The notes beneath the pieces were generated by a model. It was not told where the DNA came from. It did no database searches and worked only from the letters and a program-made list of their open reading frames with translations. Both the position numbers and the translations under genes were made by a program. Below, one piece after another: positions 24,371 through 37,548 of a stretch of 64,000 bases of DNA (within the stretch, counting starts at the first letter, position 1; each line of letters starts with the position of its first letter). The stretch is from Veleropilina oligotropha (taxonomy: Eukaryota), in NCBI GenBank assembly GCA_048128005.1, contig JBEUKZ010000065.1:248001-312000 (forward strand). Reading direction: 5' to 3'.

Positions 24371-27213
24371 TGTCATATGGTATTTTGACCCCATGGTAAA
24401 ACGACCCGCAGGTCACTTTATCATATGGTCAAATGACCCGCGGGTCATAATTCTGATATGGCCAAACGACCTACCATATGGTAATGTGACCCGGGTCAAA
24501 ATTTGACTATGGTGAAGTGACCCAGGTCAATTTTCTAAATTTTATGATGATATTAATGTTGTTATAGATGGTTTAATCAATATTTATTTATGGAAAAAGT
24601 AAAAATATATCTAATGACATTACAAAATAATCAAATAAGGTGATTAAGCAACAGGACTAGCCTATTCAAGTCTTTTCGCCAAGAAACATTAAAGAAAATG
24701 CACAAATATACAAGTGACGATAGGATACAAATAATATTCTATATTCCATATCGTGTTCTACTTCATATAATTAGACAACCAAGCATAAATATTAATTGTG
24801 TTGGATAATGTCTTGATATTAGGAATTGTTTTGGTTATTATAACGGGATGTAAAGATTTGCAATGAGCACCCAGGTATGTTTCAATTTATAGATGACAAT
24901 TAATATGATGTAACGACGTTTCTCTATTCTTTAGTTGGTTTAAATAAGTAAGTGACATACACAAATATGTAATAAGTGGAGGATTTAGCATCAACCTACT
25001 TAAAACTTAAATTTTATATCTTAATTAATATATATGAATTATTAGTATAATAATGTGTGTGTGAAAGATAAATTGGTAGCAATTCTCTATATATTTTTAA
25101 TATTATAAGTACATGTATGTTATGTTGATATTTCGTATCATTGAAAATATAATTAAACACATTTTAGTGTAATTGTCTTGTGGCTATATCAATATTGCAC
25201 TAAAGATCTTCAAACATTGACGGTTTAACACTAATAATGACTTTGACGAAACAATACACACTTGTGAAAACATTGGCTTTATTGCTTTGTAATTAATTCC
25301 TATACAATATCAACAGTTTCAAGTCTGCAATGTCATTGTATTAAAGCTGAAACAGTCTTGTGCTATTTACAATTTAGATAATATGGATTACAAAGAAAGT
25401 TGCTAAGTCTCAGGTGTTCTCTCATAATCCTTTTAGTCAGTCATTGAACTGTTGTATATCTTTTTAGCTCGACTATTCTAAAATAGTACGAGCTATTGCA
25501 GTCACCCTGTCGTCGGCGTCGGCGTTGGCGTCAAACTTCAGGTTAACATTTTGCATGAAGGGTCTTTTCTCACAAATTTTTCAAACTACAACTTTCAAAC
25601 TTCATACACTTGTTCAATGTCATTATGCGACCTTACATATTAGGCGTAATAACTCTGGCTTCGTTGTTTAACCAAATTATTCCCCTTTTTCGATTTAGAC
25701 AAGTCAGGTTAATGTTTTGCATGAAGGGTCTTTTCTCACAATTTTTTCACACTACACGTTTCAAACTTCATACACTTGTTCAATGTCATTATGCGACCTT
25801 ACATTACAGGCGTAATAAATCTGGCTTCGTTATTTTACCAAATTATTCCCCTTTTTCGACTTAGACAATTCAGGTTAATGTTTTGCATGAAGGGCCTTTT
25901 CTCACAAAGTCAACTTCAGGTTAACATTTTGCATGAAGGGCCTTTTCTCACAAAGTGTTCACACTACAGCCTTGAAACTTCATACGCTTGTCACATCATT
26001 ATGCGAACTTGCAATACAATGAACTCTAGCTTCATTTTTACCAAATTATTTCCATTTTTCGACTTAGATAATTCAGGTTAATGTTTTGCATGAAGGGCCT
26101 TTTCTCACAAACTGTTCACACTACAGCCTTGAAAGTTCATCGATCTAGCTTTTGATAGTCGAGCATGCTGTCCTTCCGACAGCTTTTGTTTATTAGTAGT
26201 CTCAGATATTTTATATTGATTTGTGAATTGGAGCAAATATTTAGCAATTAAATACATGGCAATTTAGATATTAGGACTCTTTTACTGTTATATGTACCTC
26301 ATTTGGCTACAAATTATCATCCAATGTGTAAATTAAATAATATCAATTCAGCATTAAGTGATGCGTTTAATAACTTTTACATTATAAATTAATGTAATAA
26401 CCTTTAGTATATAACAATTGTAGAATTTATAGTAGTTATAACCATGTAATGTAGGTATTTATTTTCTTGCTAAGTAGAGATCTGTGTGGTGAACCTTAAA
26501 TTCTTTTACGAACAGTTCACGCAAAAATAACAATATTAAAGTGTTCTTCTCTTTACAGTTTTCTGCTTGTAAAAATTCATTTTCCTGCTTGTTACTTAAT
26601 TTGCACCTACCGTTTACTGTTGCTGATTGTACATAGAGATTATTGTTTTGCATCATTCTTTATTATTATTATAATATATTTTATGTTACAAATCTGGTGT
26701 TTCGTCTTATTTCTAGTTGAACAGCAAACATTTAAGGTAATGCCATAAAGGCTGAAAACTTTATACCAAAGTAGGATATAAAGAAATAACAGAACGTAAA
26801 CATATTAGAAATGATTTCAACAATATTTTTCACAATATGGAATGAAATGGAATAAAATTAGTGGATGCTCATCAGATTACAACAGAAAGTGATCAGAGTC
26901 ATAATATCATATTAGAACAGTGATCACAGTTATTGCAGCATAGCAGAAAAGCAGCCATGAGTTATAATACCATAACAGAAAATCGACCCGGGTCATAATA
27001 CCATAGCAGAAAATAGACCCGGGTTATAATACCATAGCAGAAAATAGACCCGGGTCAAAATACCATAACAGAAAATCGACCCGGGTCATAATACCATACG
27101 GGTCGTTTCACCATACGAGGGGGGGTCATTTTACCATAGGGCGGGTCATAATACCATAGCGGTGAAATGACCCGCGGGTCACTTTACCACGCGGGTCATA
27201 ATACCATCTGACA
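24371..27213. mobile_element. Non-autonomous TGT...ACA DNA transposon (Ginger2/TDD-like)
   Basis: TIR TGTCATATGGTATTTTGACCC / GGGTCATAATACCATCTGACA, arrays of GACCC(G)GGGTCA subterminal repeats at both ends, and a perfect 5-bp TSD ATGGT. Confidence 0.8.
25464..26190 (+). mobile_element. Helentron-type HINE with internal tandem repeats
   Basis: T-rich insertion site, subterminal IR GCTCGACTAT/ATAGTCGAGC, (GGCGTC)n microsatellite, ~165-bp internal repeats and 3' hairpin GCTGTC-cttcc-GACAGC. Confidence 0.85.
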
Positions 27214-27601
27214 ATGGTCATTATAATATAAAGAAAGGTTCACCCATAGGCTAAAGTTAAAGGTATTAATATTGTTTTAATAATTCTGTGAATTTCACTG
27301 TCAGTGGTGTCAGTAGCCATTATATGTGGCCCACTTCAGTTTATCTTGATCTGTAGCTTTCTATAATTTCTGGAACCATTAGCTCCTTTAAAGTTTAGGA
27401 TCAAAGCATCTAGACCATTCAACTACAATAATTTAATTTATATCTCTCCCTGAAGCTTTAATTGTTAGTTGAGCCATCTACGGAGAAACTATTGTATTGA
27501 GGCTGTCTGTCTGTGTGGTGGTGGTGTATGTCCGCGATGACTTTACATCGCATAACATGGTCAATTCAAATCATATAGCCACGAAACTTCATATATACAT
27601 G

Positions 27602-28702
27602 CAAGGCGCGAATTTCAAATTCTATGTTGGAAAGCAGACCTGCTTTCCACTATTATAAATGAGAAGCAATCTACAAATGTGGAGAAGCATGTGTATTTTT
27701 ATGACACGACTTTAAAACGTGCATGCTCTTGTATGTTCTGATCTTATATGTAGATATTTTCTTGAAAAAAATTGTCATACTGATAGTATTTGTTTCAGCA
27801 ATTTGTGTTCACAAATATAAACCTTTTTAGGAATATTATATATTTATTTTAAAGAAACTGCTTAATTATATCGACTTCGACATTTATGAATTCATAGTAT
27901 ACAATTTATGGTGCTTCTGTTTTTCATTATATTAATTTAAATAAAAGCAACAAATTATTAAAAGAAATCAGCACAAAGTAGATATAATTATTGTTTATGT
28001 CATAAATATTTTATATTGATTTGTTACTTTATATAAAATTTAAAATATTAATAAATATTATGACACTATTAACATTATCTGATTCAACTCAAATGTGAAA
28101 AAATGCTTCAATTAATTGAATAAAATATATATCTTTATTCTATGTTGTTATTCTCATAATGTCACAATACAACAATTCCGAAAATGAAATTGTGTTGTTT
28201 TGTTGATAATCTTAACATCAAGCTGTAGCTAAATTTCACCAATAACACAGACTTCGCCAGCATTCTCTGAATGTTCTAAATAATAAAAGGTAAATAACCA
28301 GTTCATCTTTTAGCCTTGGTAATTTCAATGCATACGTTTCTTGAGAATTATTGTTAATTTGGGTAACTGAACGAATTTTGTATACTCTGCTAACCCGGAA
28401 ATGCTATGACAGCTGACCCAGTGTGCACGCATAAAATTACACAACAAACATCGTAAACTAGTCAAAAATAGCGACAGAAATATTGCACAACATGAAACGG
28501 GGCGGAAACTATGATTAAACGATATCTATAAAAGCAACAAAAAGTTAAGCAATATCGACATATTGCTCTATTAAGGAATGCAAACAACAAGTATTGTAAA
28601 AGGACTGGGCGGCAGTGCCTGCCGTCCCAAGATTTACATGGACGGCAAATGGTCACAATTGAGCGGCATTTTCCGCCTGCTTCCCGTCAATTTCGCGCCT
28701 TG
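27602..28702. mobile_element. hAT-like MITE with 5-bp TSD
   Basis: TIR CAAGGCGCGAA(T/A)TT; perfect TSD ACATG. Confidence 0.8.
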
Positions 28703-28907
28703 ACATGGATGGGAATGGCAAAAGTTATTTTCAGAGGAAAATCCAAACATGGCGGGCCGAAGGCCCGACAATGGAGAGCACGTAAGGGTGGTTCGGGGAT
28801 CCCCCCTCCCCCCCAAAAAAATTTCTTTTACAATGTTACATCTAATGACAGTTGTGATAACAAAAATTTCAAGCTGCTAGAGTAGTCACAAAGTAACTTT
28901 ATAAAAG

Positions 28908-29380
28908 ACAAGAGCAAAAGCTCGAAATGGATCATATGCATGAAAATGCGCATCAATCACTTATATTTCATATTGTGTTCACATTCAATAGTAGATTTCA
29001 AAGTCAAAAAGTGGTAATTTATGGGTAAATTTCAATTAAATTGCTCTCAATATTTCTACTCGAGGGTTAGATGACAAAGAACGATGCAAAAATATGCCTA
29101 TTGTTGCACATATAGTATGCTTGAGAAACTTTAACCAAAAGCTTTAACGAAAATGTCTAAGGTAAAAATTGACATTTTATAGCAAAATTTAAATTATATT
29201 ATTTCAATATTATTTATTTAGGGCCAGGTAACAATGAAAAAGTGATATATAACACATTTTTTAATGTTAAAACTTGCAAATTGTTGCTTATATACCACGA
29301 TTGAGAAACTCGAACCAAAAACCGGACGTACGAACGGCCAGACGACATGCTCTTTAATACATAGACTCGCATAGCCAAAA
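28908..29380 (-). mobile_element. Probable HINE-like element
   Basis: Starts ACAAGAGC-AAAA-GCTC hairpin, has ~200-bp internal repeats (TTGAGAAACT..AACCAAAA twice) and a GACG-type microsatellite near 29325. Confidence 0.45.
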
Positions 29381-31755
29381 ATTATAGTAGCAATCATTTA
29401 AATATTGCGATGTACAATAAATTGTTTTGAGCCACATTTTTGGGGAAGTTAAAATATTCCATACTTATATTATCTTCAGAGACTAAGAGTGCTTAAACGC
29501 CGATCCCAGGGAATAATTGGTTCCACGAATCGTGTTATAGAAACTTTTTCTTGGTGCATTTTGCCTTTCGTGGCATGTTCTAATAATGTCATAGCCGCGA
29601 GAAGCGTACCGGTAGTTTAAAACATCATTGCCGTATGTGCAAAGCGCTTTCCTGGAAGGTCACATTTCGCTATATAATTCGATAATTTTTCAACAACTTC
29701 TTCCGTGTTGTTTCCGATTTTGACACTTAACGTCGCTGTCTTGTCTAGCCATGACCAGCGACATTTGCTTCGAACATCTTTGTCAATTAGTTTCACTATC
29801 GCTTCGTCTCCTTCAAAATATCCAAGCGTAAGCTGTTACTAACGAAGTCTGTGATTGGTTAAAAATTGAGAGCGACGTCACCTTTTATCCAATCGATATT
29901 GATATTGAAGCGTGCAAACCATTCTGGTATTTCCGATGTCAAATGCATGGCGCCCGGAAATATACGAAACGATACGATAGTCGAAAATCTAACGAGTCGG
30001 AAATCCCGAAAATATCCGAGTTTAAATCGGCATTTACATTTGGTATTGAATAAAAATGCATCTAAGATCGGGTTCGTACCAAGTCAAAATGGCTAAATGC
30101 TAATAAATGCAGTTGATATCTGAACTGAAGGTGGGTAATTTATAAGAAAATACAAGATATATATTATCTTTTTACTACTGAAGTAATTTTTATGATACTA
30201 TTTTCAAAAATAAAGATCTCATCGGATTTGGACGTTTCACAATATCGACCCTGAGCGCCAAAAAATAGCGGAATTCCGTGGATCCGCAGAAGATTCCCAT
30301 CCCTGTATATATGATATATGAGTGGATATATTACTGATTGATTTATGAGGTCAAAGGTCAAGGTCACCAAAGTCAAATCCATAAACAGACATCTCTGGAT
30401 TCGTTCAAGCTAGAAAGATAAAATTAAGTTTATTGAGAGTGGGCACTGCGGTTCAACTATGCTTCCTCTCGGATGCGCTTGCTGTCCTTGTTTGACTTGC
30501 GTCTGTCAGATTAGCCAGCCGTGTTATTTAATAACCCGCCAATTGATTGGCCAATGAAAATGCGCAATAGGCATTCAGTCTTGCAAGTTAATATGGCTGC
30601 CACTGTTTACAACACAATCTGAATGCTACTTTGAAAGTGTCAGGATAACAGCTTTTAATGGTTTTGTAATAAACAGAAGCAAGTAAGGTCATGAAACATT
30701 GATTTAGTAACTAATAATGGAAAGCCAGAATACTGAAGTCACAAAATTGCAAAATTTATGGTTGCCAACGTAATTTTAGATAGATGGCCAATTGGGGACC
30801 AGGAATTATTTGTTAGTCAACAGTAACCAAATAGGTCGAAATATTGAGGGCTGCCTGTCGGTAATTTTTTAGATGATAATCATATACATTGCACACACCA
30901 ATTATCTGATTAGAAATAATATAACTGCTTTCCAACTACAATTATCGAGGTCACGGACGTGTCAAAAATGTAGCAATATTCAGAGGTGGCGCAACCATTT
31001 TCATGGGTACTTTGTAAAGAGTACATTTACAAAGAGCAACACTTTCAAATCACATATTCATAAGCCGAAGATAATGCACCCACGTGACGCACACAAATTG
31101 CCATCGCAGATATACCTTACCAGGAAGCGATTTACCAAGTAATTTTTGTATAGCAGTTAACTGCTATACAAATAAATTTTGTGTAGCAACTTGGATGTTT
31201 TGTGTAGCAGTTGATGTTGATGTTTTGTGTATCACTGTATTAGATGATATAATTTTCACTGCCAAAAGGGTCTACTTTGATATAAATAGGATAATCATCA
31301 AAATTTATTGTAATTTTATGGGGATTTTATTGAAAATATGAGTATACAAAAACGAAGTACTAAAATTCCATAATGCGCGTATTATCGTTTCATATTTTTT
31401 ACATAATGTACAATAAATTTTTGTTCGCGCAGTTTTGTTATTTTCTAAGCATGTACATGTATATGACAGCCATTTGTGTTCGTTTCTCTATTTTAACACG
31501 GTTGATGCGCAAACAGACAGCATTGACACCACCATCGATATTGAATAATAATTATAACGAATAGCCTCTATCATATCAACTAATCAAAAGACATACCTTT
31601 TGTTATCATATTTGTCATGACTTATCAACTTTTAATCTTATAATACATTTAAAATGCTAATGACAGCACATCAACTTCCTGTCAGAGCACACACATGGTC
31701 TCAGGGGGTGGGGGATATTCTTGTTCTAGTTCGAAAACAGTGAAAAATGACAAGG

Positions 31756-34146
31756 GCTTCATGACTTGTTAAATGCACCATTTTATTTAATCCAACAATT
31801 TGAAAATCCAGATATTTGCCTTGATATGTGGTATGATGTATTTTTAACAGTCATTGAAAAACATGCCCCCATGAAAACAAAAAGGGTAAAGAAATACAAA
31901 CAACCTCAATGGTATAATGACGATATTAAAGAATCTAGTAGATTAAGGGACTACCATAAGAAGAAAAACGAAAATGAAAAGTTCAAAATATATCGAAATA
32001 AAACTAAACATTTAATACAGCTGGCAAAGAAAAATCATGTATCACAAGCAGTAAAAACAGGTGCATGTGCTAAGGATGTTTGGAAAATTCTAAAAGATAT
32101 TTCGAAAGTGAAAGACTTTAACTCTCCCTTTCCAAATTATCTTTCTGTGAATGATGAACAGATCAGTGATCATGAACAAATGGCAAATATAATGAACGAT
32201 TATTTCAAGAATATCCTTTGCTCGTTGAAGACTGCAACATCAGGTACAACAAATTTAGAGAAACTAAAACAGTTTTTAAATTCAAAATTATTTGGTAATG
32301 AATTACTTGGTATCTCAGAACTTAAGGTAGAAGAAGTATCAGGTTACCTGAAGAAACTAAATATAAGTAAAGCAACTGGGCTAGATGAAATAGGACCTAA
32401 GTTACTTCAGATGTCAGCGGACATCATAGCACCCTCATTAACCTATATCTTTAATATGTCAATAAACCTGTCTATTTTTCCGAATTCTTTGAAACATGCA
32501 AGAATTATGCCTATTCATAAGAAAGGAGATAAAACAAAGCCGGAAAATTATCGCCCAATATCTATTTTACCTACTCTTTCTAAAATTTTAGAGCTCCATG
32601 TATCGAGGAACCTTTTAGATTACCTAAATAAATTTGAACTTCTACAATCATCACAATCAGGTTTTCGGCCAAATCATTCTTGCCAAACTGCACTTATAAA
32701 AATGACAGATGAATGGCTGCAATCAATGGACAATGGACACATTACATGTTGTGCATTTATTGACTTACAGAAGGCTTTTGATTTAGTCGATCATGATCTC
32801 CTTCTGAAAAAACTGTCATTATATGGACTTTCCATGTCAACTTTATCCTGGTTTCAGTCTTATCTCTCAGACAGGAAGCAGTGTGTATGCATAGAAAATG
32901 CAAAATCTCAATATAACGATATTACTTATGGTGTTCCGCAAGGTTCAATTTTGGGACCAATACTTTTCCTAATATTCATCAATGATCTTCCCCTTGATAT
33001 AAAATCGTCAATTACAGACCTTTATGCAGATGACACAACACTTCACAAATCTGGCCCTGATTATGACATGTTAATTTCAGATCTTACATCAGATATAATG
33101 AAAGCAAATGAATGGTGCATGACAAATGGAATGTTAATAAACACTAACAAAACAAAAACAATGACAATAGGGACCCAACAAAAACTATGCCATACAAAGG
33201 AAAAACCAAATATAGTCCTTGATGGAACTGAAATTGAAAATGTAAAATGCTATAAACTCTTAGGTGTGCATGTTGACGAAAATCTTTCCTGGAAAGCTCA
33301 TATTAAGCATGTCTGTTCTGTGGTCTCGTCTAGGGTTACACTTCTTCAACGAATTAAAAAATATCTACCAATTAAACTAAGATTACTCTTCTATAACAGT
33401 TATATTTTACCGAATATAGACTATTGTTGCGCTGTTTGGGGAAATGGTTCGAGTGAATCACTTTATTGCATTGAAAAAATTCAAAAACGAGCAGCCAGAG
33501 TCATTCTTGATGCTCCCTATGATTCTCCTAGTAATGAACTCTTCATAAAATTGGGATGGCTTCACATAAAAGATAGAATTTCTTTTCAAAAAGGAATTCT
33601 TATGTATAAAGTTATGGAAAAATCAGCTCCTCAATATCTCCAATCAAAATTTAAGTACACGTCACAAACATGTATTAAGCAAACACGATCTGTAACTTTC
33701 AATAAATTATCCCTGCCAAAACCTAACACAAACTCATTAAAAAGAACTTTTCAATACTCTGGAACCCAACTTTGGAATAAATTACCTCAAACCGTACAAA
33801 AATCAGAAAACATTAATGTTTTTAAGAAATCAATACGGCCTTATCTTTAAATATACACCCTTCTCCAGGAACAAATTTTACTGTACATATATGCATACTA
33901 AATATTAATGTGTCTTAATTTATATACATGTAAATTTATATGGCTACCTTAATTATTATCTTATTTATATAATTGTTTGTCATTTAATATTGCTTGCATA
34001 CTTATATATTGTTTTTTAGTGTTTTCTAGGATTAGTATGACTTTTTGCCTACTTTGTATTATTGTATTATTGTGGAGGGACTCCGGGAAGATTGGCTATT
34101 GTGGCTAACTGTTCTCCCTCTGTAAATAAAGCTTATTATTATTATT
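31756..34146 (+). mobile_element. 5'-truncated non-LTR retrotransposon (L2/Crack/CR1 group)
   Basis: RT ORF plus a ~290-bp 3' UTR ending in a GAGGGA...TCCCTC stem, AATAAA and a (TTA)n tail; possible short TSD AAGGG. Confidence 0.92.
31766..33850 (+). CDS. LINE ORF2 reverse transcriptase (N-terminally truncated, endonuclease domain absent)
   Basis: 694-aa open frame with KATGLDEI, NYRPISILP, QSGFRPNHS, DLQKAFD, GVPQGSILGP, LYADDT, KLLGV and C-terminal LWNKLP motifs. Confidence 0.95.
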   Translation: MLNAPFYLIQQFENPDICLDMWYDVFLTVIEKHAPMKTKRVKKYKQPQWYNDDIKESSRLRDYHKKKNENEKFKIYRNKTKHLIQLAKKNHVSQAVKTGACAKDVWKILKDISKVKDFNSPFPNYLSVNDEQISDHEQMANIMNDYFKNILCSLKTATSGTTNLEKLKQFLNSKLFGNELLGISELKVEEVSGYLKKLNISKATGLDEIGPKLLQMSADIIAPSLTYIFNMSINLSIFPNSLKHARIMPIHKKGDKTKPENYRPISILPTLSKILELHVSRNLLDYLNKFELLQSSQSGFRPNHSCQTALIKMTDEWLQSMDNGHITCCAFIDLQKAFDLVDHDLLLKKLSLYGLSMSTLSWFQSYLSDRKQCVCIENAKSQYNDITYGVPQGSILGPILFLIFINDLPLDIKSSITDLYADDTTLHKSGPDYDMLISDLTSDIMKANEWCMTNGMLINTNKTKTMTIGTQQKLCHTKEKPNIVLDGTEIENVKCYKLLGVHVDENLSWKAHIKHVCSVVSSRVTLLQRIKKYLPIKLRLLFYNSYILPNIDYCCAVWGNGSSESLYCIEKIQKRAARVILDAPYDSPSNELFIKLGWLHIKDRISFQKGILMYKVMEKSAPQYLQSKFKYTSQTCIKQTRSVTFNKLSLPKPNTNSLKRTFQYSGTQLWNKLPQTVQKSENINVFKKSIRPYL

Positions 34147-35289
34147 AAGGGAAAATTAATTTTAGGAATACTTCTCCACAGTGATAATGATTAACGGTAT
34201 AGTAAATAAATAAATGATCAATAAAAATATAAAAAATTTGTATCCATAATATATAATTTGTTCATTATTATCAATACAATGTGTTATTTGAGAATGGTGA
34301 CACAATATTTTTACATTTAATATTTAAAAAAAATGTTTGGTTTGAATATTTATTGATAGGTCCAAACAAACAGCACATTTAATATTTTGTAATGTATTCA
34401 TGATGCCAAAATATTTATTTTGAGTACACATTTTGTAACAATAAACATTTTTCAACCTAAATAATAAACAAACAAACAAATAAAATATATTATATTATAT
34501 ATATTTATCGCAGACAAAGAGATGACATACGTCACTTCTTTCTATAAAAATTGCCACTTCCCTCTGTTATGCCCTCACTTCTCTCTGTCATCTCTCAAAA
34601 GAGAAGCCACTTCTCTCTGTCAATTGTACCAATGGTGAACCCTCCATTTCTCTTGCTTAACATCGTGAAAACTTGTAAATGTTCCGGATAACGCTTTCAT
34701 ATAAAAAAATAAAAAATATTAACCTGCAAATACATGTCATTCGCCAATTTCATTGTTGTTCTTATATAATCTATAGCCAAGTGAACATAGTTGGGACAAG
34801 GGAGTATGCGTAGAAAGGGAATCAGGTTGGCATGTATAGGACCAATCTCCAGCAGAGTTGCTTCCCTTGCCCTGTCGTGTCCGTCAATACAATCTCTGCG
34901 ACCGCTGGTTCAGCCATGAGGCGATTCGCCTCATCTCGTTCATGATGTGACATTTTTATTTATTTTAATTTGGCTTTATTTTTTATTTTTGTGAATGATA
35001 ACCACATGTTTACATAGTGATTATCTTAAATGTAAATGAAACTATGTCCCAGAGCAAATAATCCTACATGTGTAATGTCATTCGTAAACAAGATGGATGC
35101 GGGCACGCGCGAAGAAAGACCGTTTCAATTTTTGCGGCGATCTACCGCTTATTAAAATGGAATATTTAATTTAGCCGTAAGTAAAATGTTAAATATCGAC
35201 TAAATAAATGTGTGTGGGAGAGAGTCACTCGTTAGAAAGGCCAGCAGTTCGAATATAATGCATTTTGTTGATGCTAACCGTCACCGATG

Positions 35290-36023
35290 GCGACATAAAC
35301 AATAGCACGTGTCGACGTACAAACACATATACAGAAACACAACTGGGTCAATGACGTCATGGAAATCACACAGATTTTCAATTGAAATTAAAGCAGTGCC
35401 ACCATCAGTGGCAGAGATCGATGTAGCATGGCGCAGTCGGCACATGCGTGGAGATTGGTATAGGACCCGAGATCTAGCCCGGACAAGGTGTGTTTTAGGG
35501 ACAGTACATTTTGACCTCTGTGACCTTGACCTTTGACCGAACAACAAAATTGAACATTGTTATATAATGTACTCACCCTCAGGAATACATTTGGTGAAAA
35601 AAATTAATAAAACAAAATATAAAAATGCCCAAATATGGAAATTGTTTATCAAGGTCACAGCACCAAGGTCAAAGGCGCAAAATTTTAGCGCCCTGCACAT
35701 GCCTGGGGTGTGGGTCATGCATCTACAAAGAAATTAGAAGGATAAGATTTGTTGAAGTCTCAGAGAACCAGGCCAGACACGATTTGGGGGTCAAAGGTCA
35801 TTACGTCAAGGTCGAAAGTCATTTTTGTGAAATTTTGCCGAAAAGCACAATGGCATGCTTGGACGGTTTAATTTACCAAAGGAAATAATGCTGGCATGTA
35901 AAGGACTTGAGATCTAGTCCGGACAAGAAAAGTGAGGAAGAAGGAGGAGAAAGAGAAAAGAGGAGGAGAAGGATATATGGTTATACTTAAAATCGATTCA
36001 CACTCACAGAATGTGAAGCGATA
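35290..36023. mobile_element. HINE-like element (boundaries approximate)
   Basis: Repeated AAGGAC..GAGATCTAG.CCGGACAAG, TGACCTTGACCTTTGACC/GGTCAAAGGTCA motifs, a (GAA/GGA)n tract and terminal hairpin TTCACA..TGTGAA. Confidence 0.5.
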
Positions 36024-36438
36024 CCGGGGACCCTGCTTACATGGAACAATCAGACATGTAGCCTGCAAAGACTGTTTGGCATACATGGAATTCTATATTG
36101 AGTTTACTATCAACGGTGTGCGGGTGCCTGCGCAAGGAATTTTTAATACATAATACTGTGAAACAGATTCTCCTGCGTATTGAAGCTGCAGATTGATGAT
36201 TTAAGAGAGTCATTTTATGCACCATTATTATGTGTATTCATTACTTATGATATACGATTATTACAAGGGGGATGGGGGCGCCGACAAGGCTCAAATTCGC
36301 TAGTCATTCATCATTCTATCAGTCAGAAACAAAAACAGTACACATAATTTGTTTGGATTTATGCGGCATATCCCATTTGACCATGCACCTTTAGGTTCAT
36401 ACCTGGACACATCCCTATAATATTATCACGAGAGCTAA

Positions 36439-37548
36439 GGCGAGTGTCACTCCTTCCAGACCAAAACTCGCGATCAGCTCACGACCTTCACGACCTACAT
36501 TTTGTAAAATCGCGGGGAGAACGTAGGAAATGTGGCTCTAAAATAAAAAATGACACGAAGTGAAGTACAACTCATGTTTGTTAAGAGCTATAGACGAGCT
36601 ACAAACGAGCTATACATGGTCAACTGACGTTCCGTATCAGACCAATAAAAGTTTATTCACGTCCTACTCGCGATCTTTTCGCGACCTATCAGTAGGACTG
36701 GCGATAAATCAGAGCAGCTCGCGAGCTCCTCGTGCGCAAAAAGAGTGGATCATGTGGTACAACCGTGAGTATAATAAGACCTGCACCCAATTTTATTATT
36801 TTAAGTGTTTACGACATCTTCAACATATTAAAAGATAAAATATTAAATATATGAATAGTATATTTCGGTAATATAAATAATTTGTCAACTATGATTATAA
36901 AGTTAACTTGTGAATGAAATGAGCTTCTAAGTTGGTTAGACGGCAACTTGTCGAATCTTATGAAATAAGTTGTCTCGCCCTAAATAACGGGCTCGACGTC
37001 TTATTCCATTAAGACTCTACAAGTTGCTGTCTAACCAAAACTAAAAGTGAGCAGGATGTGTCATCGTGGCAACCGTTTATTTATTGGTATGGAGGTGTTT
37101 TGGGGGCTTTCTTGAGTACAACATCAATAGGACGGATAGATCTGTTGTCACTCTTTTACCATCTTCAAGCGGTCTTAAAGCCATCAGCAGTGAGCCGGAG
37201 CAGACTTTAGCCGAACGCATATTAACGTCAGTACCTCGGGATGCAATCGGCAGTTGCACGTTTTGCTCGTGCATTGCTTTGAAAGGTCTTGAGTGGAACG
37301 CCACACTTCCATCACTCCCGACCATTAAGTCCACTTTAAGATGATGTAACAAGCGACTCACGACTGTCAAGACCATTTAAGAGCAGCTGAAGACCACTTA
37401 AGTCCTATATATATATATCAAATCCTGTCAAGTCCTATATCAAAACCTGTCAAGTCCTCCGAAACCTTTCGCGAGGGACTCACGATTTTTTCACTTTTCA
37501 CATCATCAGGTGATCGTGGAGCAAAATCGGGACTGTGTGACACCCGCA
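36439..37548. mobile_element. PIF/Harbinger-like non-autonomous element
   Basis: Imperfect TIR GGCGAGTGTCAC / GTGACACCCGCA, T/A-rich flanks and many CACGA/TCGTG subterminal motifs. Confidence 0.5.

Larger units (their letters stand above)
27598..30305. mobile_element. hAT-like MITE whose left TIR is interrupted by the 27602-28702 element
   Basis: Left TIR CATGGATGGGAAT (reconstituted at 28704), right TIR ATTCCCATCCCTG; TA-rich flanks. Confidence 0.55.
27465..30493 (+). mobile_element. Helentron-type HINE split by nested MITEs
   Basis: Subterminal IR TAGTTGAGCC (27466) / GGTTCAACTA (30450), GTCT/GGT microsatellite, GGTCAAAGGTCAAGGTCA motif and 3' hairpin. The halves are 27465-27597 and 30306-30493. 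Confidence 0.65.
24109..30853. mobile_element. Outer hAT-like non-autonomous element hosting nested insertions
   Basis: TIR CAACCCTCAAAGTT / CAGCCCTCAATATT; flanks CCTGA/CCTGT; TGGCC/GGCCAAT subterminal motifs at both ends. Confidence 0.55.
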
